A program made the position numbers and the translations under genes. Shown piece by piece: positions 49,920 to 60,104 of a stretch of DNA of 64,000 nucleotides. Each line of letters starts with the position of its first letter. The first letter of the stretch is position 1. Origin of the DNA: an uncultured Gemmatimonadales bacterium (GTDB lineage: Bacteria > Gemmatimonadota > Gemmatimonadetes > Gemmatimonadales > GWC2-71-9); the NCBI GenBank assembly GCA_963817715.1, contig CAWFPG010000009.1, forward strand, positions 203,133-267,132. Reading direction: 5' to 3'. The notes under the pieces are model-generated. The model made no database searches. It saw only the letters and a program-made list of their open reading frames with translations, and was not told where the DNA came from.

Positions 49920-51032
49920 GTGAATCAAGTCTCGACAACCACGGGTCAGGAATCAACCCGGCTGCAGGTCATCCACGTCGCCAGCGGGCGCGAGTGGCGC
50001 GGTGGGCAGCGGCAGGTGCTGCTGCTGGCGCGCGGCCTCGCCGCGCGACCCGACGTGGCAACGTCGGTCGTGACCGGCAGCGGGACCACGCTCGCTGAGC
50101 GACTGGTCGCGGCCGGCGTGACCGCCAACCTGGTGCGTTGGTCGATGGGCCTCGACCCACGAGTGGTCGCGGCGCTCCTCGCCGCCATCACGCCGGACAC
50201 CATCGTGCACGCCCACGACAGTCACGCTCACACCCTGGCCGACGCGGCGATCCGCATCAGGCCGGCGCGACTGGTGGTCACCCGGCGGGTCGACTTCCCG
50301 ATCCGGCATGCCCGTCGCTGGCAGCGGGTCGATCATGGGATCGCCCTCTCCCAACCGGTGCGCGACCGGATCCTCGCCGTCGGGCTGCCGGCCGATCGGG
50401 TCACGGTGATTCCCCCGGCGGTCGATCAAGATGGGCTCGATCCGCTGCCTCCCTGGCCTGCGGCGGTGCTGCCGCGGCGCGACCCCGCGCCGTTCGTGGT
50501 CTGCGTCGCGGCCCTCACCCCCGAGAAGGGTGTCGACGTGCTGCTCGACGCCGCAGCCCGACTCCATGCCACGCATCCTGCGGTGGAGTGGGTCGTCCTC
50601 GGCGACGGCCCCCAGCGCAATGCGCTCCTCGAGCGCCGGAAGACGCTGGGACTCGACGAGGTGGTGCAGTTTCCCGGACACGTCGAGCACCCCGAGGCCG
50701 TCGTCGCACGGGCCCGGGTCAAGGTCCAGCCATCGCGAAGCGAGGGCTTCGGCTCGTCGGTCCTCGACGCCCTCGCCCTCGGCGTGCCGGTCGTCGCCAG
50801 TGCCACCGGCGGCCTGCCGGAGTCGCTGGCCGCCGGCGGCGGCCTGCTGGTGCCCCCGGGCGATCCCGGCGCACTGGCCGGCGCCGTCGCCACCCTGCTC
50901 GACGACCCCGCGCAACACGAGCGGCTCTCGGGCGACGGGCGGGCCGCCGCCGAGGGATTCGACGTGGCCCGATTGGTCCGGCGGACGCTCGACGTGTATC
51001 GTTCGCTCGCCATGACCAGCCCCACACCATGA
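49920..51032 (+). CDS. Glycosyltransferase family 4
   Basis: WRGGQRQ, HAHDSHA, TRRVDF, EKGVDVLL, PSRSEGFGSSVLDA. Confidence 0.92.
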   Translation: MNQVSTTTGQESTRLQVIHVASGREWRGGQRQVLLLARGLAARPDVATSVVTGSGTTLAERLVAAGVTANLVRWSMGLDPRVVAALLAAITPDTIVHAHDSHAHTLADAAIRIRPARLVVTRRVDFPIRHARRWQRVDHGIALSQPVRDRILAVGLPADRVTVIPPAVDQDGLDPLPPWPAAVLPRRDPAPFVVCVAALTPEKGVDVLLDAAARLHATHPAVEWVVLGDGPQRNALLERRKTLGLDEVVQFPGHVEHPEAVVARARVKVQPSRSEGFGSSVLDALALGVPVVASATGGLPESLAAGGGLLVPPGDPGALAGAVATLLDDPAQHERLSGDGRAAAEGFDVARLVRRTLDVYRSLAMTSPTP

Positions 51033-51823
51033 TCTACTTCTGCATTCCGGCCCGCGACGAGGCCGCCACCATCGGCCTGGTGCTCTGGAAGATCCGCCAG
51101 GTCCTCCAGGCCTCGCGGCGCGAGTACCAGCTGCTGGTGGGCGACGACGCCTCGAGCGATGCCACCGCGGAGGTGCTGGAGCCCTACACCGAGGCGCTGC
51201 AACTCACCGTGCTGCGCAGCGACGAGCCGATCGGCTACGCCGCCACCGTGGAGCGGCTGCTGCGCCACGCGCTCGACCAGTCCGACCGGCACAAGCGCGA
51301 CGCGGCGATCCTCTGGCCTGCCGACTACACCGTGGACCCGGCCGAGCTCGAGGACTTCCTCAAGCGGCTCGACTCGGGAGCCGACCTGGTCGTCGGCGAA
51401 GGCACCCTGGTCGGGGAGGAGCGCCGCGGCCGACGCCTGATCCGGCGCTGGGCCTCGCGGCTGCTGGGCCGCCGGGTCCGTGTGCCGGGGGTGCACGATG
51501 TCGTCTCCGGGGTGGCGGCCTTCCGGCTCGTCGCCCTGCGCCATGCCTTTCGCGACCGTCCCGACCGGTGGCTCACCACCGAGGGGTGGGCGGCGAACGC
51601 GGAGCTGGTGGCCTGGGCGGCGGCAGGAGCGCGGCGCACCGAGAGCGTGCCGATCACGGTGCACGCCGACCGGCGCCAGCGTCCCAGCCGGATCGAGCCG
51701 TGGCCGCTCGCCCGCGCACTCTGGCATGCACGTGGGCGCCTGACTGCCCCCCCAGCCGGCGCGATGCCGACCCGGGAGCGCCAGTCCCGGGGGTCGTCGC
51801 GAAACAAGGAAGTCGTCTCATGA
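51029..51823 (+). CDS. Glycosyltransferase family 2-like (DxD motif altered)
   Basis: IPARDEAATI, VGDDASSDAT, GADLVVG, DVVSG..AFR; WPAD at the expected DxD position. Confidence 0.8.
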   Translation: MIYFCIPARDEAATIGLVLWKIRQVLQASRREYQLLVGDDASSDATAEVLEPYTEALQLTVLRSDEPIGYAATVERLLRHALDQSDRHKRDAAILWPADYTVDPAELEDFLKRLDSGADLVVGEGTLVGEERRGRRLIRRWASRLLGRRVRVPGVHDVVSGVAAFRLVALRHAFRDRPDRWLTTEGWAANAELVAWAAAGARRTESVPITVHADRRQRPSRIEPWPLARALWHARGRLTAPPAGAMPTRERQSRGSSRNKEVVS

Positions 51824-52572
51824 TGCTCAGCGCCGTGATGCTCGCCCTGCAGGCCGTCGCCTCACCACCGGTCGCCGCCCACCCGGCCGCGCCCTTTGGC
51901 GTGGGCGAGAAGCTGGAGTACGGCGGCAAGTGGACGCTCTTCAACGTGGGCCAGGCCACGCTCACCGTCGAGAAGATCGACACGGTGCGCGGCGTCCCGT
52001 CATGGCAGTTCGACTTCCAGACCGACGTGACGATCAACGCCGGCGTCGCCAAGTACGCCAGCAGCAGCAAGATCCGGTCGTGGACCGGGATCGACGACTG
52101 GATCTCGCGTCGCTTCAGCAAGGACATCACCGAGAACGGCAAGGCCCGGCACGAGATCTTCCGGATCTACCCCGACTCGGGCTTCTTCCGCCGCAACGAC
52201 AACGCCGAGGTCAAGCCGACCCCGGCACGTCCGCTCGACGACATCGCCTTCATGTACTGGGTGCGCACGATCCCGTTGGAGCTCAAGAAGACGTATCGCT
52301 TCAACAACTACTTCCGCGCCGAGCTCAACCCGGTGATCATCAAGGTCGAGAAGCGCGACACCAAGGAACTGCCCGACGGCACCAAGGTGCCGGCGCTGCT
52401 GTTGCGCCCCATCGTGAACGAGGATGGCGGCATGTTCAGCAAGGCGTCGAAGGCGAAACTCTGGATCACCGATGATGCCCGTCGCATCCCGCTGGAGATC
52501 GAGTCGACCTACTACTTCGGCACGGTGAAGCTCTCGCTCAAGAAGTTCACCCCGGCCCCCGGCGGCGGATGA
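51820..52572 (+). CDS. DUF3108-like secreted protein
   Basis: Signal peptide; PFGVGEKLEY, PLDDIAFMYWVR, KLWITDDARRIP. Confidence 0.8.
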   Translation: MMLSAVMLALQAVASPPVAAHPAAPFGVGEKLEYGGKWTLFNVGQATLTVEKIDTVRGVPSWQFDFQTDVTINAGVAKYASSSKIRSWTGIDDWISRRFSKDITENGKARHEIFRIYPDSGFFRRNDNAEVKPTPARPLDDIAFMYWVRTIPLELKKTYRFNNYFRAELNPVIIKVEKRDTKELPDGTKVPALLLRPIVNEDGGMFSKASKAKLWITDDARRIPLEIESTYYFGTVKLSLKKFTPAPGGG

Positions 52573-53543
52573 CGCCGCACGAGGCCGATCCGACCCGGCT
52601 GCGCACGGTCCCCTTCGCAGGTCGGCGCAACAAGGTCGACGCCTCGCTGCTTGCCGCGACGCCGGGGGCCGATCGGTCCCTGACGGCGTTCCTCGCCTCG
52701 CTCCCCGACATCCTTGCCGCCCGCGACCTGCGCCGGGTGATCGCCCACCTGGTGGCCGCGACGGAACACGGCCGCGGCGTGGTGGTCCTCCTCGGTGGCC
52801 ACGTGATCAAGGTCGGACTCGGCCCGCTGCTCGCCGACCTGATCGCTCGCGGCGTGGTGACCCATGTGGCGATGAACGGCGCGGCGGCGATCCACGACTA
52901 CGAGCTGGCGGCCTTCGGTGGCACCAGTGAGGATGTCGAGGCCGGCCTCGCCGACGGCACCTTCGGGATGGTCGAGGAGACCGGGGCGGAGATGAACGCC
53001 GCCATCACCGGGGCAGCCCGACGCGACGAGGGTCTCGGCGAGGGATTCGCCAACGCGCTGGCGGCGCGCGACGATCTTCCGGGCACCGACACCTCGCTGC
53101 TGCTGGCCTGTCGCACCCACGGCATCGGCCTCACCGTCCATCCCGCGATCGGCGCCGACATCATTCATCAACACCCATCATTCGACGGCGCCGCCCTCGG
53201 CGACACCGCAGCGCGCGACTTCCGACGACTGGCCGGGGTGCTCCCGACGATCGACGACGGCGGTGCGGTGCTCAACATCGGCAGCGCGGTGATGATGCCC
53301 GAGGTGTTCCTCAAGGCACTCACCGTGGCGCGCAACCTCGGCGAGGGACGGCCGCGCGACTTCCTCGCGGCCGACTTCGACATGATCCGCCACTATCGCC
53401 CCCGCATGAATGTGGTGCAGCGACCGACCCGGACCGGCGGCACCGGGATCCAGATCACCGGACACCACGAAATCCTCATCCCACTGCTGGCCTGGGGGGT
53501 GATCGATGCCCTGGAGCATCCGATCAATCCGGCCGACGCCTGA
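52569..53543 (+). CDS. Deoxyhypusine-synthase-like fold protein of unknown function
   Basis: LGGHVIKVG, HVAMNGAAAIHD.E, TVH.AIGADIIHQHP, NIGSAVMMPEVFLKA, GHHEILIP. Confidence 0.75.
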   Translation: MTPHEADPTRLRTVPFAGRRNKVDASLLAATPGADRSLTAFLASLPDILAARDLRRVIAHLVAATEHGRGVVVLLGGHVIKVGLGPLLADLIARGVVTHVAMNGAAAIHDYELAAFGGTSEDVEAGLADGTFGMVEETGAEMNAAITGAARRDEGLGEGFANALAARDDLPGTDTSLLLACRTHGIGLTVHPAIGADIIHQHPSFDGAALGDTAARDFRRLAGVLPTIDDGGAVLNIGSAVMMPEVFLKALTVARNLGEGRPRDFLAADFDMIRHYRPRMNVVQRPTRTGGTGIQITGHHEILIPLLAWGVIDALEHPINPADA

Positions 53544-53550
53544 ACGCACG

Positions 53551-54078
53551 GTGCTGGTGCTGCTCGCCCTGACGGCCTGCGGTGGTGGCAGTCCGCCACC
53601 CCAGGTGATGCCGACGACGGCGCCGCAGGTCACCACCACCATGGCCGCACTCGAGGCCGACTCGGTCGCCAACACCTTCATCAGCCGACTGGTCCAGAGC
53701 GAGAACGACCTGACGGAACCCGACTCGCTGTTCGCCGACGATGCCCTGGTGATCGCCGACGGGGAGCCTCGCGGCTCGGTACCTCGACTCGCCGGCGTCG
53801 GCCTCGGCGGCATCCTGCAACTGGTGACCACTCGGGTCGCGAGCCGGGGGGCGTTCGTCTGGGGAGTGATGGAGTACCGCTGGCTGCCGAGCTTCGCGTC
53901 GGATGTCCTCCGGGTCGGCGTGGCGACGCTGATCATCGCCAAGCTGCCCGACGGGACCTGGCGGATCGTGCACCTGCACTCCTCCTCACCACGGCCGGCG
54001 AGCCCAGCCGCCGAACCGAATGACACCACCAGCGACCCGGGAGGCGCCCCAGGCATCACTGGCCCAGGAGGTCCGTGA
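53551..54078 (+). CDS. Lipoprotein with NTF2/SnoaL-like domain
   Basis: Lipobox LTAC; LFADDA; C-terminal DGTWRIVHLHSS. Start uncertain. Confidence 0.65.
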   Translation: MLVLLALTACGGGSPPPQVMPTTAPQVTTTMAALEADSVANTFISRLVQSENDLTEPDSLFADDALVIADGEPRGSVPRLAGVGLGGILQLVTTRVASRGAFVWGVMEYRWLPSFASDVLRVGVATLIIAKLPDGTWRIVHLHSSSPRPASPAAEPNDTTSDPGGAPGITGPGGP

Positions 54079-55565
54079 TGGTTTCCCTTTCCGCTGTGCT
54101 GGTCGCCATGGCCGCCTTGTCGGCCCCGGCACCCGATTCGCTCGAGCCATTGCCGACCCTCAGGCACCTCGACCTGCAGGCCACGGTCGACGTGGCCGAG
54201 GCGAGCCTCACGGGCACCGCGACCCTCACCCTGATCAACCGCGGGTCCCGACCGATCGCGACGATTCCCCTCCTGCTGAACCGGCTGCTCCGCGTGGAGC
54301 AGGTCGACAACGGCACCGGGATGCCGCTCGCCTGGCACCAGCGGCTGGCCGAGTTCGAGGATTTCGCCGCCTGGCAGGTCCGGGCCGTCATGGTGAGGCC
54401 CCAGGTCCCGCTCCAACCGGGCGGCTCGACGCGCGTCCGGGTCCACTATGCGGGCGCGATCGCCCCGTACACCGAGACCGGGATGCAATACGTCCGGGAT
54501 CATGTCGATCCGGACTTCACCATCCTTCGTGCCGACGCCCTCGCCTTCCCGGTCGTCGGATCGCTCTCGCTCGCCAGGAACCGGCGTGCCACCCGCGCCG
54601 ACTTCACCTTTGCCACCGAGGTGACGGTGCCTCGGGGACTGACGGTCGCCAATGCGGGCGCACCCGGAACGCGCACCGAGCAGGGCAACGCCGTGACCTG
54701 GCGCTACCGCTCGACGGCCCCGGTGCCGTTCCTGCTGATTGCGATCGCGCCGTATCAGCGGCTGACGGACGGCGGGGTGACCACCTTTGCCTTTCCGGCC
54801 GACACCGGCGGCGCCAGACAGTTGCTCGCGGCGGCCAATGAGGCGATGGATCGGTTCGCGACGTGGTTCGGTCCGCTGCCTTCGGCGGCGCGGGTCACCG
54901 TGATCGAGATTCCTTCCGGCTGGGGCTCACAGGCCAGCGCCACCGGCGGGATCATCCAGACCGCCGAGGCCTTCGGCGACCCGGACCAGCTGCCGCAGCT
55001 CTACCACGAACTGAGTCACCTCTGGAATGCCCACGATGTCGACCTGCCGTCGGCCCGCTGGAACGAGGGGCTGGCCATGTGGCTGCAGTACCGGATGGCG
55101 CGAGAGATCTCGGCCGGCTACAACGCCGACAGTGCGCTCTCGGTCCGTCTCGACCGGTTGCGCCGGGCCGTGGCGAGCGACACCTCCTGGTCGACCACGC
55201 CGATGCTCCGCTTTGGCGACGCCGGCCTCACCGACCGATCCTACACGCTCGGGGCGATCGGCTTCGCGCTCATGAATGCGACGCTGGGAGACGAGGAGTT
55301 CTTTCGCCGGTACCGGAACTACCTTCAGGCGCATTGGCAGTCTGGCGCGACCTTCGGGGGGATGCTCGACGCCCTCGGCCGGGGAGCCCCGACCGCTGTC
55401 ACGCAGGTGGCGGATGATTGGTTCCGGTCGACCGACTGGGTCCGCCTGGTGCGAGGCGGCGACGACCTCGCTGCGCTTCGGGCCCGATACGCGCCCGAAC
55501 ATGCACCACAGCCGGGGCCGCCCGATACACAGGGCGACCCCGGCCGGGGGGGAGGAATCCTCTAG
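54075..55565 (+). CDS. Secreted M1/gluzincin-type metallopeptidase
   Basis: HELSHLW...WNEGLA (HExxH plus downstream E); YTLG...LGDEEF. Confidence 0.85.
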   Translation: MMVSLSAVLVAMAALSAPAPDSLEPLPTLRHLDLQATVDVAEASLTGTATLTLINRGSRPIATIPLLLNRLLRVEQVDNGTGMPLAWHQRLAEFEDFAAWQVRAVMVRPQVPLQPGGSTRVRVHYAGAIAPYTETGMQYVRDHVDPDFTILRADALAFPVVGSLSLARNRRATRADFTFATEVTVPRGLTVANAGAPGTRTEQGNAVTWRYRSTAPVPFLLIAIAPYQRLTDGGVTTFAFPADTGGARQLLAAANEAMDRFATWFGPLPSAARVTVIEIPSGWGSQASATGGIIQTAEAFGDPDQLPQLYHELSHLWNAHDVDLPSARWNEGLAMWLQYRMAREISAGYNADSALSVRLDRLRRAVASDTSWSTTPMLRFGDAGLTDRSYTLGAIGFALMNATLGDEEFFRRYRNYLQAHWQSGATFGGMLDALGRGAPTAVTQVADDWFRSTDWVRLVRGGDDLAALRARYAPEHAPQPGPPDTQGDPGRGGGIL

Positions 55566-55566
55566 G

Positions 55567-55788
55567 TCAGGCGGTCGAGCTGCGCTCGCCGCGGATCGTG
55601 TCCCGGATCTTGGTCGCGGTCCCCGGCGAGAAGATCTTGATGATCGTGTAGATCACGAACCCGACGAAGGCCCACCAGAGAATGTTGAGGACCAGGGCAA
55701 GCAGGCCCCCGAACACCGCGGCGAGCATCTTCCAGGCGATCAACGCCACGAAGGCGAAGGCCGCGAAACCGCCGATGTTGCGAATCAT
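55567..55788 (-). CDS. Small membrane protein
   Basis: GGAG RBS, two hydrophobic helices, typical codon usage. Confidence 0.75.
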   Translation of the reverse strand: MIRNIGGFAAFAFVALIAWKMLAAVFGGLLALVLNILWWAFVGFVIYTIIKIFSPGTATKIRDTIRGERSSTA

Positions 55789-55880
55789 GGTGTGCTCCCT
55801 TGCATCAACTGGCGGCGCCCCGTGCGCCCCCTCGGGTATCGTTACGCTGGAGGCCCCGTGAAGGTTTCAAGTCGAATCGT

Positions 55881-56986
55881 ATGAGCAACTCAAGCGATGT
55901 CCTCGTGGTTGGCGGTGGCGCCGTTGGCGCGGCCTGTGCCCGAGCCCTGGCGGGCTCCGGCGCCTCGGTGACCGTGATCCGGCGTCCCGAGGTCGCCGGC
56001 GAGGCCTGGCGGGCCGCGGCAGGGATGCTGGCGGCCCAGATCGAGGCCGTCCCCGAGGAGCCGATGTTCAACCTCGCGGTGGCCGGGCGGGCCTTCTACC
56101 TGCGCGAGGCCGGGCTACTTCGAGAGGCCACCGGAATCGATATCGGCCTGGAACAGACCGGCATCCTCCAGGTGGCCACCGACGAGACCCAGGTCGCCGC
56201 CTTCAAGGCCAAGGTCGCCTGGCAGCGCCAGCAGGCCGAGCACGCCGACTGGCTCGACCCCGCAGAGGTGGAGGAGGGGTGGCCGTGGCTCCGTCCCGGG
56301 CTGGGGGCCTTCTGGTCGCCCGAGGACGCTGTCCTGGCCCCCGATCGACTGGTCGCCGCGCTGCTGGCCGATGCCGAGGCCCATGGGGCCCGAATCATCG
56401 ACGATCGGGTCACCGCCCTCTGGCGAGACGGTGGCGAGCTGCAGGGGGTCGTCGGTGCCGACACCCGATACGCCGGCGATGTGGTTGTCCTCGCGGCCGG
56501 CGCCTGGTCCGGGCGAATCGAGGAGCTGCCCCGACCGCTTTCGATCGAGCCGGTGCGGGGCCAGATGCTCGCGTTTGACTGGCCGGCCGACGCCAAGCCG
56601 ATCACCGTCTTCGGGGACCACTGTTACCTGCTCCGCCGCGGCGACGAGATGCTCGCCGGCTCGACCATGGAACACGCCGGCTTCGAGCTGGGGAGTTCCC
56701 CGAGGCCGACGCGGCGATGCTGGCCCGGCTCACCGGGATCTATCCAGCGATCGCCGCGCTGACGCCGCGGCGACGCTGGTCGGGGTTCCGGCCGGGCACC
56801 CCCGACGGTCGCCCGATCATCGGGCCTGAGCCACGGCTCGAGGGGCTCTGGTACGCCACCGGTCACGGTCGCAACGGCATCCTGCTGGCCGGCATCACCG
56901 GCGAACTGGTGGCCCAGGCCATCGGCGGCGAAGCACTCCCCGAGGAACTCCACATCGTGCGACCCGAACGATTCTGGAACTGGTAG
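55881..56986 (+). CDS. Glycine oxidase ThiO/DAO family FAD oxidoreductase (frameshift near 56700)
   Basis: VVGGGAVG, AAAGML, LAAGAWS, PVRGQM, GFRPGTPDG.PIIG, ATGHGRNGILLA. Confidence 0.88.
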
Positions 56987-57149
56987 GCCACGGGAAGGCC
57001 CAGCCGTGATCGTGCTCCCGTCACTCCCCCCGCGGAGACTGAGCCTACCCTCCCGATCCACGCTCCTCCCCCCGCTGGGCGAATAGCGCCCATCTTCAAG
57101 GCAGGGCTATCTTTCCGGGCTCATTCCGACCCGCCCAGGGGGAGATTCG

Positions 57150-58097
57150 GTGGCCGTACCGCTCGTCCAGCTCAGTCGTCAGGCCCCGGTCGGGGCCGCC
57201 CCGCCGCCGACGGTGGTGCCGATCAGCCAGGCGCGCAAGCCGTCGTGGCTCAAGGTCAAGGCACCGGGCGGCGGCGAGTACCTGCGACTCCGCCGACTGA
57301 TGCGGGAGCTCGACCTCCACACCGTCTGTGAGGAGGCGCGCTGCCCCAACATCGGTGAGTGCTGGGAGCACAAGGCCGCCACCTTCATGATCCTCGGCGA
57401 CGTCTGTACCAGGAACTGTGCCTACTGCGCGGTCTCGCACGGCACCCCCAAGGCGTTCGACCCCGCAGAGCCGGTGCGCCTGGCCGAGGCGGTCGAGGCG
57501 ATGGGGTTGCAGCACGTGGTGATCACCTCGGTCGACCGCGACGACCTCCCCAACGGCGGGGCCGAAGCGTTCGCCGGCTGCATCACCGAGATCAAGCGAC
57601 GGCTCCCCGGCACCTCGGTCGAGGTGCTGATCCCCGACTTCAAGGGATCGGAGCGCGCCCTGCGGATCGTGATGGATGCCAAGCCCGACATCCTCAACCA
57701 CAATCTCGAGACCGCCGAGCGGCTCTACCGACTGGCGCGGCCGGGTGGCCGCTATGATCGGGCGCTGCGGGTGCTCGCCAACGCCCGCGCGATGGACGCC
57801 GATGCGCTCACCAAGTCGGGGATCATCCTCGGCATGGGCGAGGAGTGGGACGAGATCGTGACCTGCATGCGCGACTTGCGGCGCAGCGACGTGAACATCA
57901 TCACGATGGGGCAGTACCTGCGTCCCTCCGACGGCCATCTTCCGGTGGTGCGCTACTACGCTCCCGACGAATTCGCCGAATTGCGCGATATCGGGCTCGA
58001 CCTGGGCTTCGCCCACGTGCAGAGCTCGCCACTCACGCGATCCTCCTACCATGCCTGGGAGCAGAGCGACCAGGCGAAGGCTGCAAGGACCAGCTGA
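57150..58097 (+). CDS. lipA: Lipoyl synthase
   Basis: CEEARCPNIGECW, CTRNCAYC, TSVDRDDL, NHNLET, RSSYHA. Confidence 0.97.
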   Translation: MAVPLVQLSRQAPVGAAPPPTVVPISQARKPSWLKVKAPGGGEYLRLRRLMRELDLHTVCEEARCPNIGECWEHKAATFMILGDVCTRNCAYCAVSHGTPKAFDPAEPVRLAEAVEAMGLQHVVITSVDRDDLPNGGAEAFAGCITEIKRRLPGTSVEVLIPDFKGSERALRIVMDAKPDILNHNLETAERLYRLARPGGRYDRALRVLANARAMDADALTKSGIILGMGEEWDEIVTCMRDLRRSDVNIITMGQYLRPSDGHLPVVRYYAPDEFAELRDIGLDLGFAHVQSSPLTRSSYHAWEQSDQAKAARTS

Positions 58098-59119
58098 TGG
58101 GCTCTTCGACCCAACGCAGCACCCGCACCGCGGGCGAGGCCCGCCACAGCGATTCCTACCGCGAATGGCTCCGGAAGATGCTGTTGATCCGGCGCTTCGA
58201 GGAGCGCGCCGGCGAGGCGTATGCCGTCGGCCAGATCGGTGGCTTCTGTCACCTGTACATCGGCCAGGAAGCGGTCGCCGTCGGCTGCATCTCGGCGCTG
58301 GGAGCCGACGACTACGTGATCAGCGCCTATCGTGAACATGGTCAGGCGCTGGCTCGTGGCCTGTCGGCGCGGAGCGTGATGGCCGAGCTCTACGGCAAGG
58401 CCACCGGTTGCTCGGGTGGCAAGGGCGGCTCGATGCACCTCTTCGACACCTCGCTCGGCTTCATGGGCGGCCACGGCATCGTGGGCGGCCAGATCGCGCT
58501 CGGCGCCGGGCTGGCCTTCTCGGCCAGGTATCGCGGCACCGACCAGGTGGCGCTGACCTTCTTCGGCGAGGCGGCCGCCAACATCGGCACCTTCCACGAG
58601 GCCCTCAACATGGCGGGGCTCTGGAAGCTCCCCGGGATCTTCGTGATCGAGAACAACGGCTACGGCATGGGCACCGCTGTCCGGCGCGCCGCGGCGATCA
58701 CCGACCTGGCCGAGCGGGCCGAGTCGTACGGCATGCCCGGTGTGACCGTCGACGGCCAGGACGTGGTCGCGGTGCGCGACGCGATGGACGAGGCCGTCGC
58801 CCGGGCCCGCGCCGGCGACGGCCCGACCCTGCTCGACATCGAGACCTATCGCTACGTGGGGCACTCGATGTCCGATGCACCGCACGGCACCTACCGCACC
58901 AAGGACGAGGTCGAGGAACACCGGCATCGCGACCCGATCACCCTGCTCGCCGACCGGATGCGCGAGCTGGGGCTGCTCGACGACGACCGGATGGCCGAGC
59001 TCGAGGCCGACGTCGCGGCCGAGGTGGCCGACGCGGTGCAGTTCGCCGAGGAGTCGCCGGAGCCCGACCCTGGCCAATTGTGGGCCGACGTGTACGCGCC
59101 CGAACAGGAGAACTCGTAA
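58097..59119 (+). CDS. pdhA: Pyruvate dehydrogenase E1 alpha
   Basis: GGFCHLYIGQEA, GKGGSMH, GEAAANIG...ENN, TYRYVGHSMSD. Confidence 0.95.
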   Translation: MGSSTQRSTRTAGEARHSDSYREWLRKMLLIRRFEERAGEAYAVGQIGGFCHLYIGQEAVAVGCISALGADDYVISAYREHGQALARGLSARSVMAELYGKATGCSGGKGGSMHLFDTSLGFMGGHGIVGGQIALGAGLAFSARYRGTDQVALTFFGEAAANIGTFHEALNMAGLWKLPGIFVIENNGYGMGTAVRRAAAITDLAERAESYGMPGVTVDGQDVVAVRDAMDEAVARARAGDGPTLLDIETYRYVGHSMSDAPHGTYRTKDEVEEHRHRDPITLLADRMRELGLLDDDRMAELEADVAAEVADAVQFAEESPEPDPGQLWADVYAPEQENS

Positions 59120-59120
59120 G

Positions 59121-60101
59121 GTGGCGACGCTCACGTACCGGGACGCACTCAACGCGGCACTCCGTGAGGAGATGACACGCGACGGCGACGTCTTCCTGAT
59201 GGGCGAGGAGGTCGCGGAATACAATGGCGCCTACAAGGTGTCGCGCGGCCTGCTCGACGAATTCGGCCCGATGCGGGTGGTCGACACCCCGATCGCCGAG
59301 CTCGGCTTCACCGGCATCGGGGTCGGGGCCGCGATGACCGGCCTGCGCCCGGTGGTCGAGATGATGACCTGGAACTTCGCCCTGTTGGCGATCGACCAGA
59401 TCGTCAACTCGGCGGCGAAACTGCGCTACATGAGCGGCGGGCAGGTCCCCTGCTCGATCGTCTTCCGCGGGCCGGGGGGCGCGGCGCTGCAGCTGGGTGC
59501 CCAGCACTCGCAGGCCTTCGAGAGCTGGTATGCCCACATCCCCGGGCTCAAGGTGCTGGCGCCCGCCACACCAGCCGATGCGAAGGGACTCCTCAAGAGT
59601 GCCATCCGCGACGACAACCCGGTGGTGTTCATCGAGGGCGAGATGCTCTACAACATGAAGGGTGAGGTACCCGACGAGGAGTACCTCACCCCGATCGGCG
59701 TGGCGGAGATCAAGCGCCCCGGCGCCGACGCGACGCTGGTCTGCCACTCCAAGACGTTGGCGCCGGCGCTCAACGCGGCGAAGACGCTCGAGGGAGAGGG
59801 GATCGACTGCGAGGTGATCGACCTCCGCACCATCCGCCCCCTCGACACCGCCACGATCCTCGCTTCGGTGGCCAAGACCAACCGCCTGGTGATCGCCGAG
59901 GAAGGTTGGGAGTTCGCCGGGGTCGGGGCCCAGGTGGCCGACGTGGTGCAGCGCGAGGCGTTCGACGACCTCGATGCGCCGATTCGCCGGGTGCATCAGG
60001 CCGATACGCCGATGCCCTACAACAAGCACCTCGAGAGGGCGGCCAAGGTCGACGCGACGAAGATCATCGCGGCGATCCATGCCGTCTGCTACCGGGACTG
60101 A
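59121..60101 (+). CDS. pdhB: Pyruvate dehydrogenase E1 beta
   Basis: GEEVAEYNGAYKV, DTPIAE, AQHSQ, DLRTIRPLD. Confidence 0.95.
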   Translation: MATLTYRDALNAALREEMTRDGDVFLMGEEVAEYNGAYKVSRGLLDEFGPMRVVDTPIAELGFTGIGVGAAMTGLRPVVEMMTWNFALLAIDQIVNSAAKLRYMSGGQVPCSIVFRGPGGAALQLGAQHSQAFESWYAHIPGLKVLAPATPADAKGLLKSAIRDDNPVVFIEGEMLYNMKGEVPDEEYLTPIGVAEIKRPGADATLVCHSKTLAPALNAAKTLEGEGIDCEVIDLRTIRPLDTATILASVAKTNRLVIAEEGWEFAGVGAQVADVVQREAFDDLDAPIRRVHQADTPMPYNKHLERAAKVDATKIIAAIHAVCYRD

Positions 60102-60104
60102 CCG

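Noticed and set aside
56690-56720. thiO-like gene split
   Set aside because: Same indel pattern; both halves are intact DAO-family sequence.
56987-57075. Possible further heptamer hairpin before lipA
   Set aside because: Too degenerate to distinguish from background by eye.
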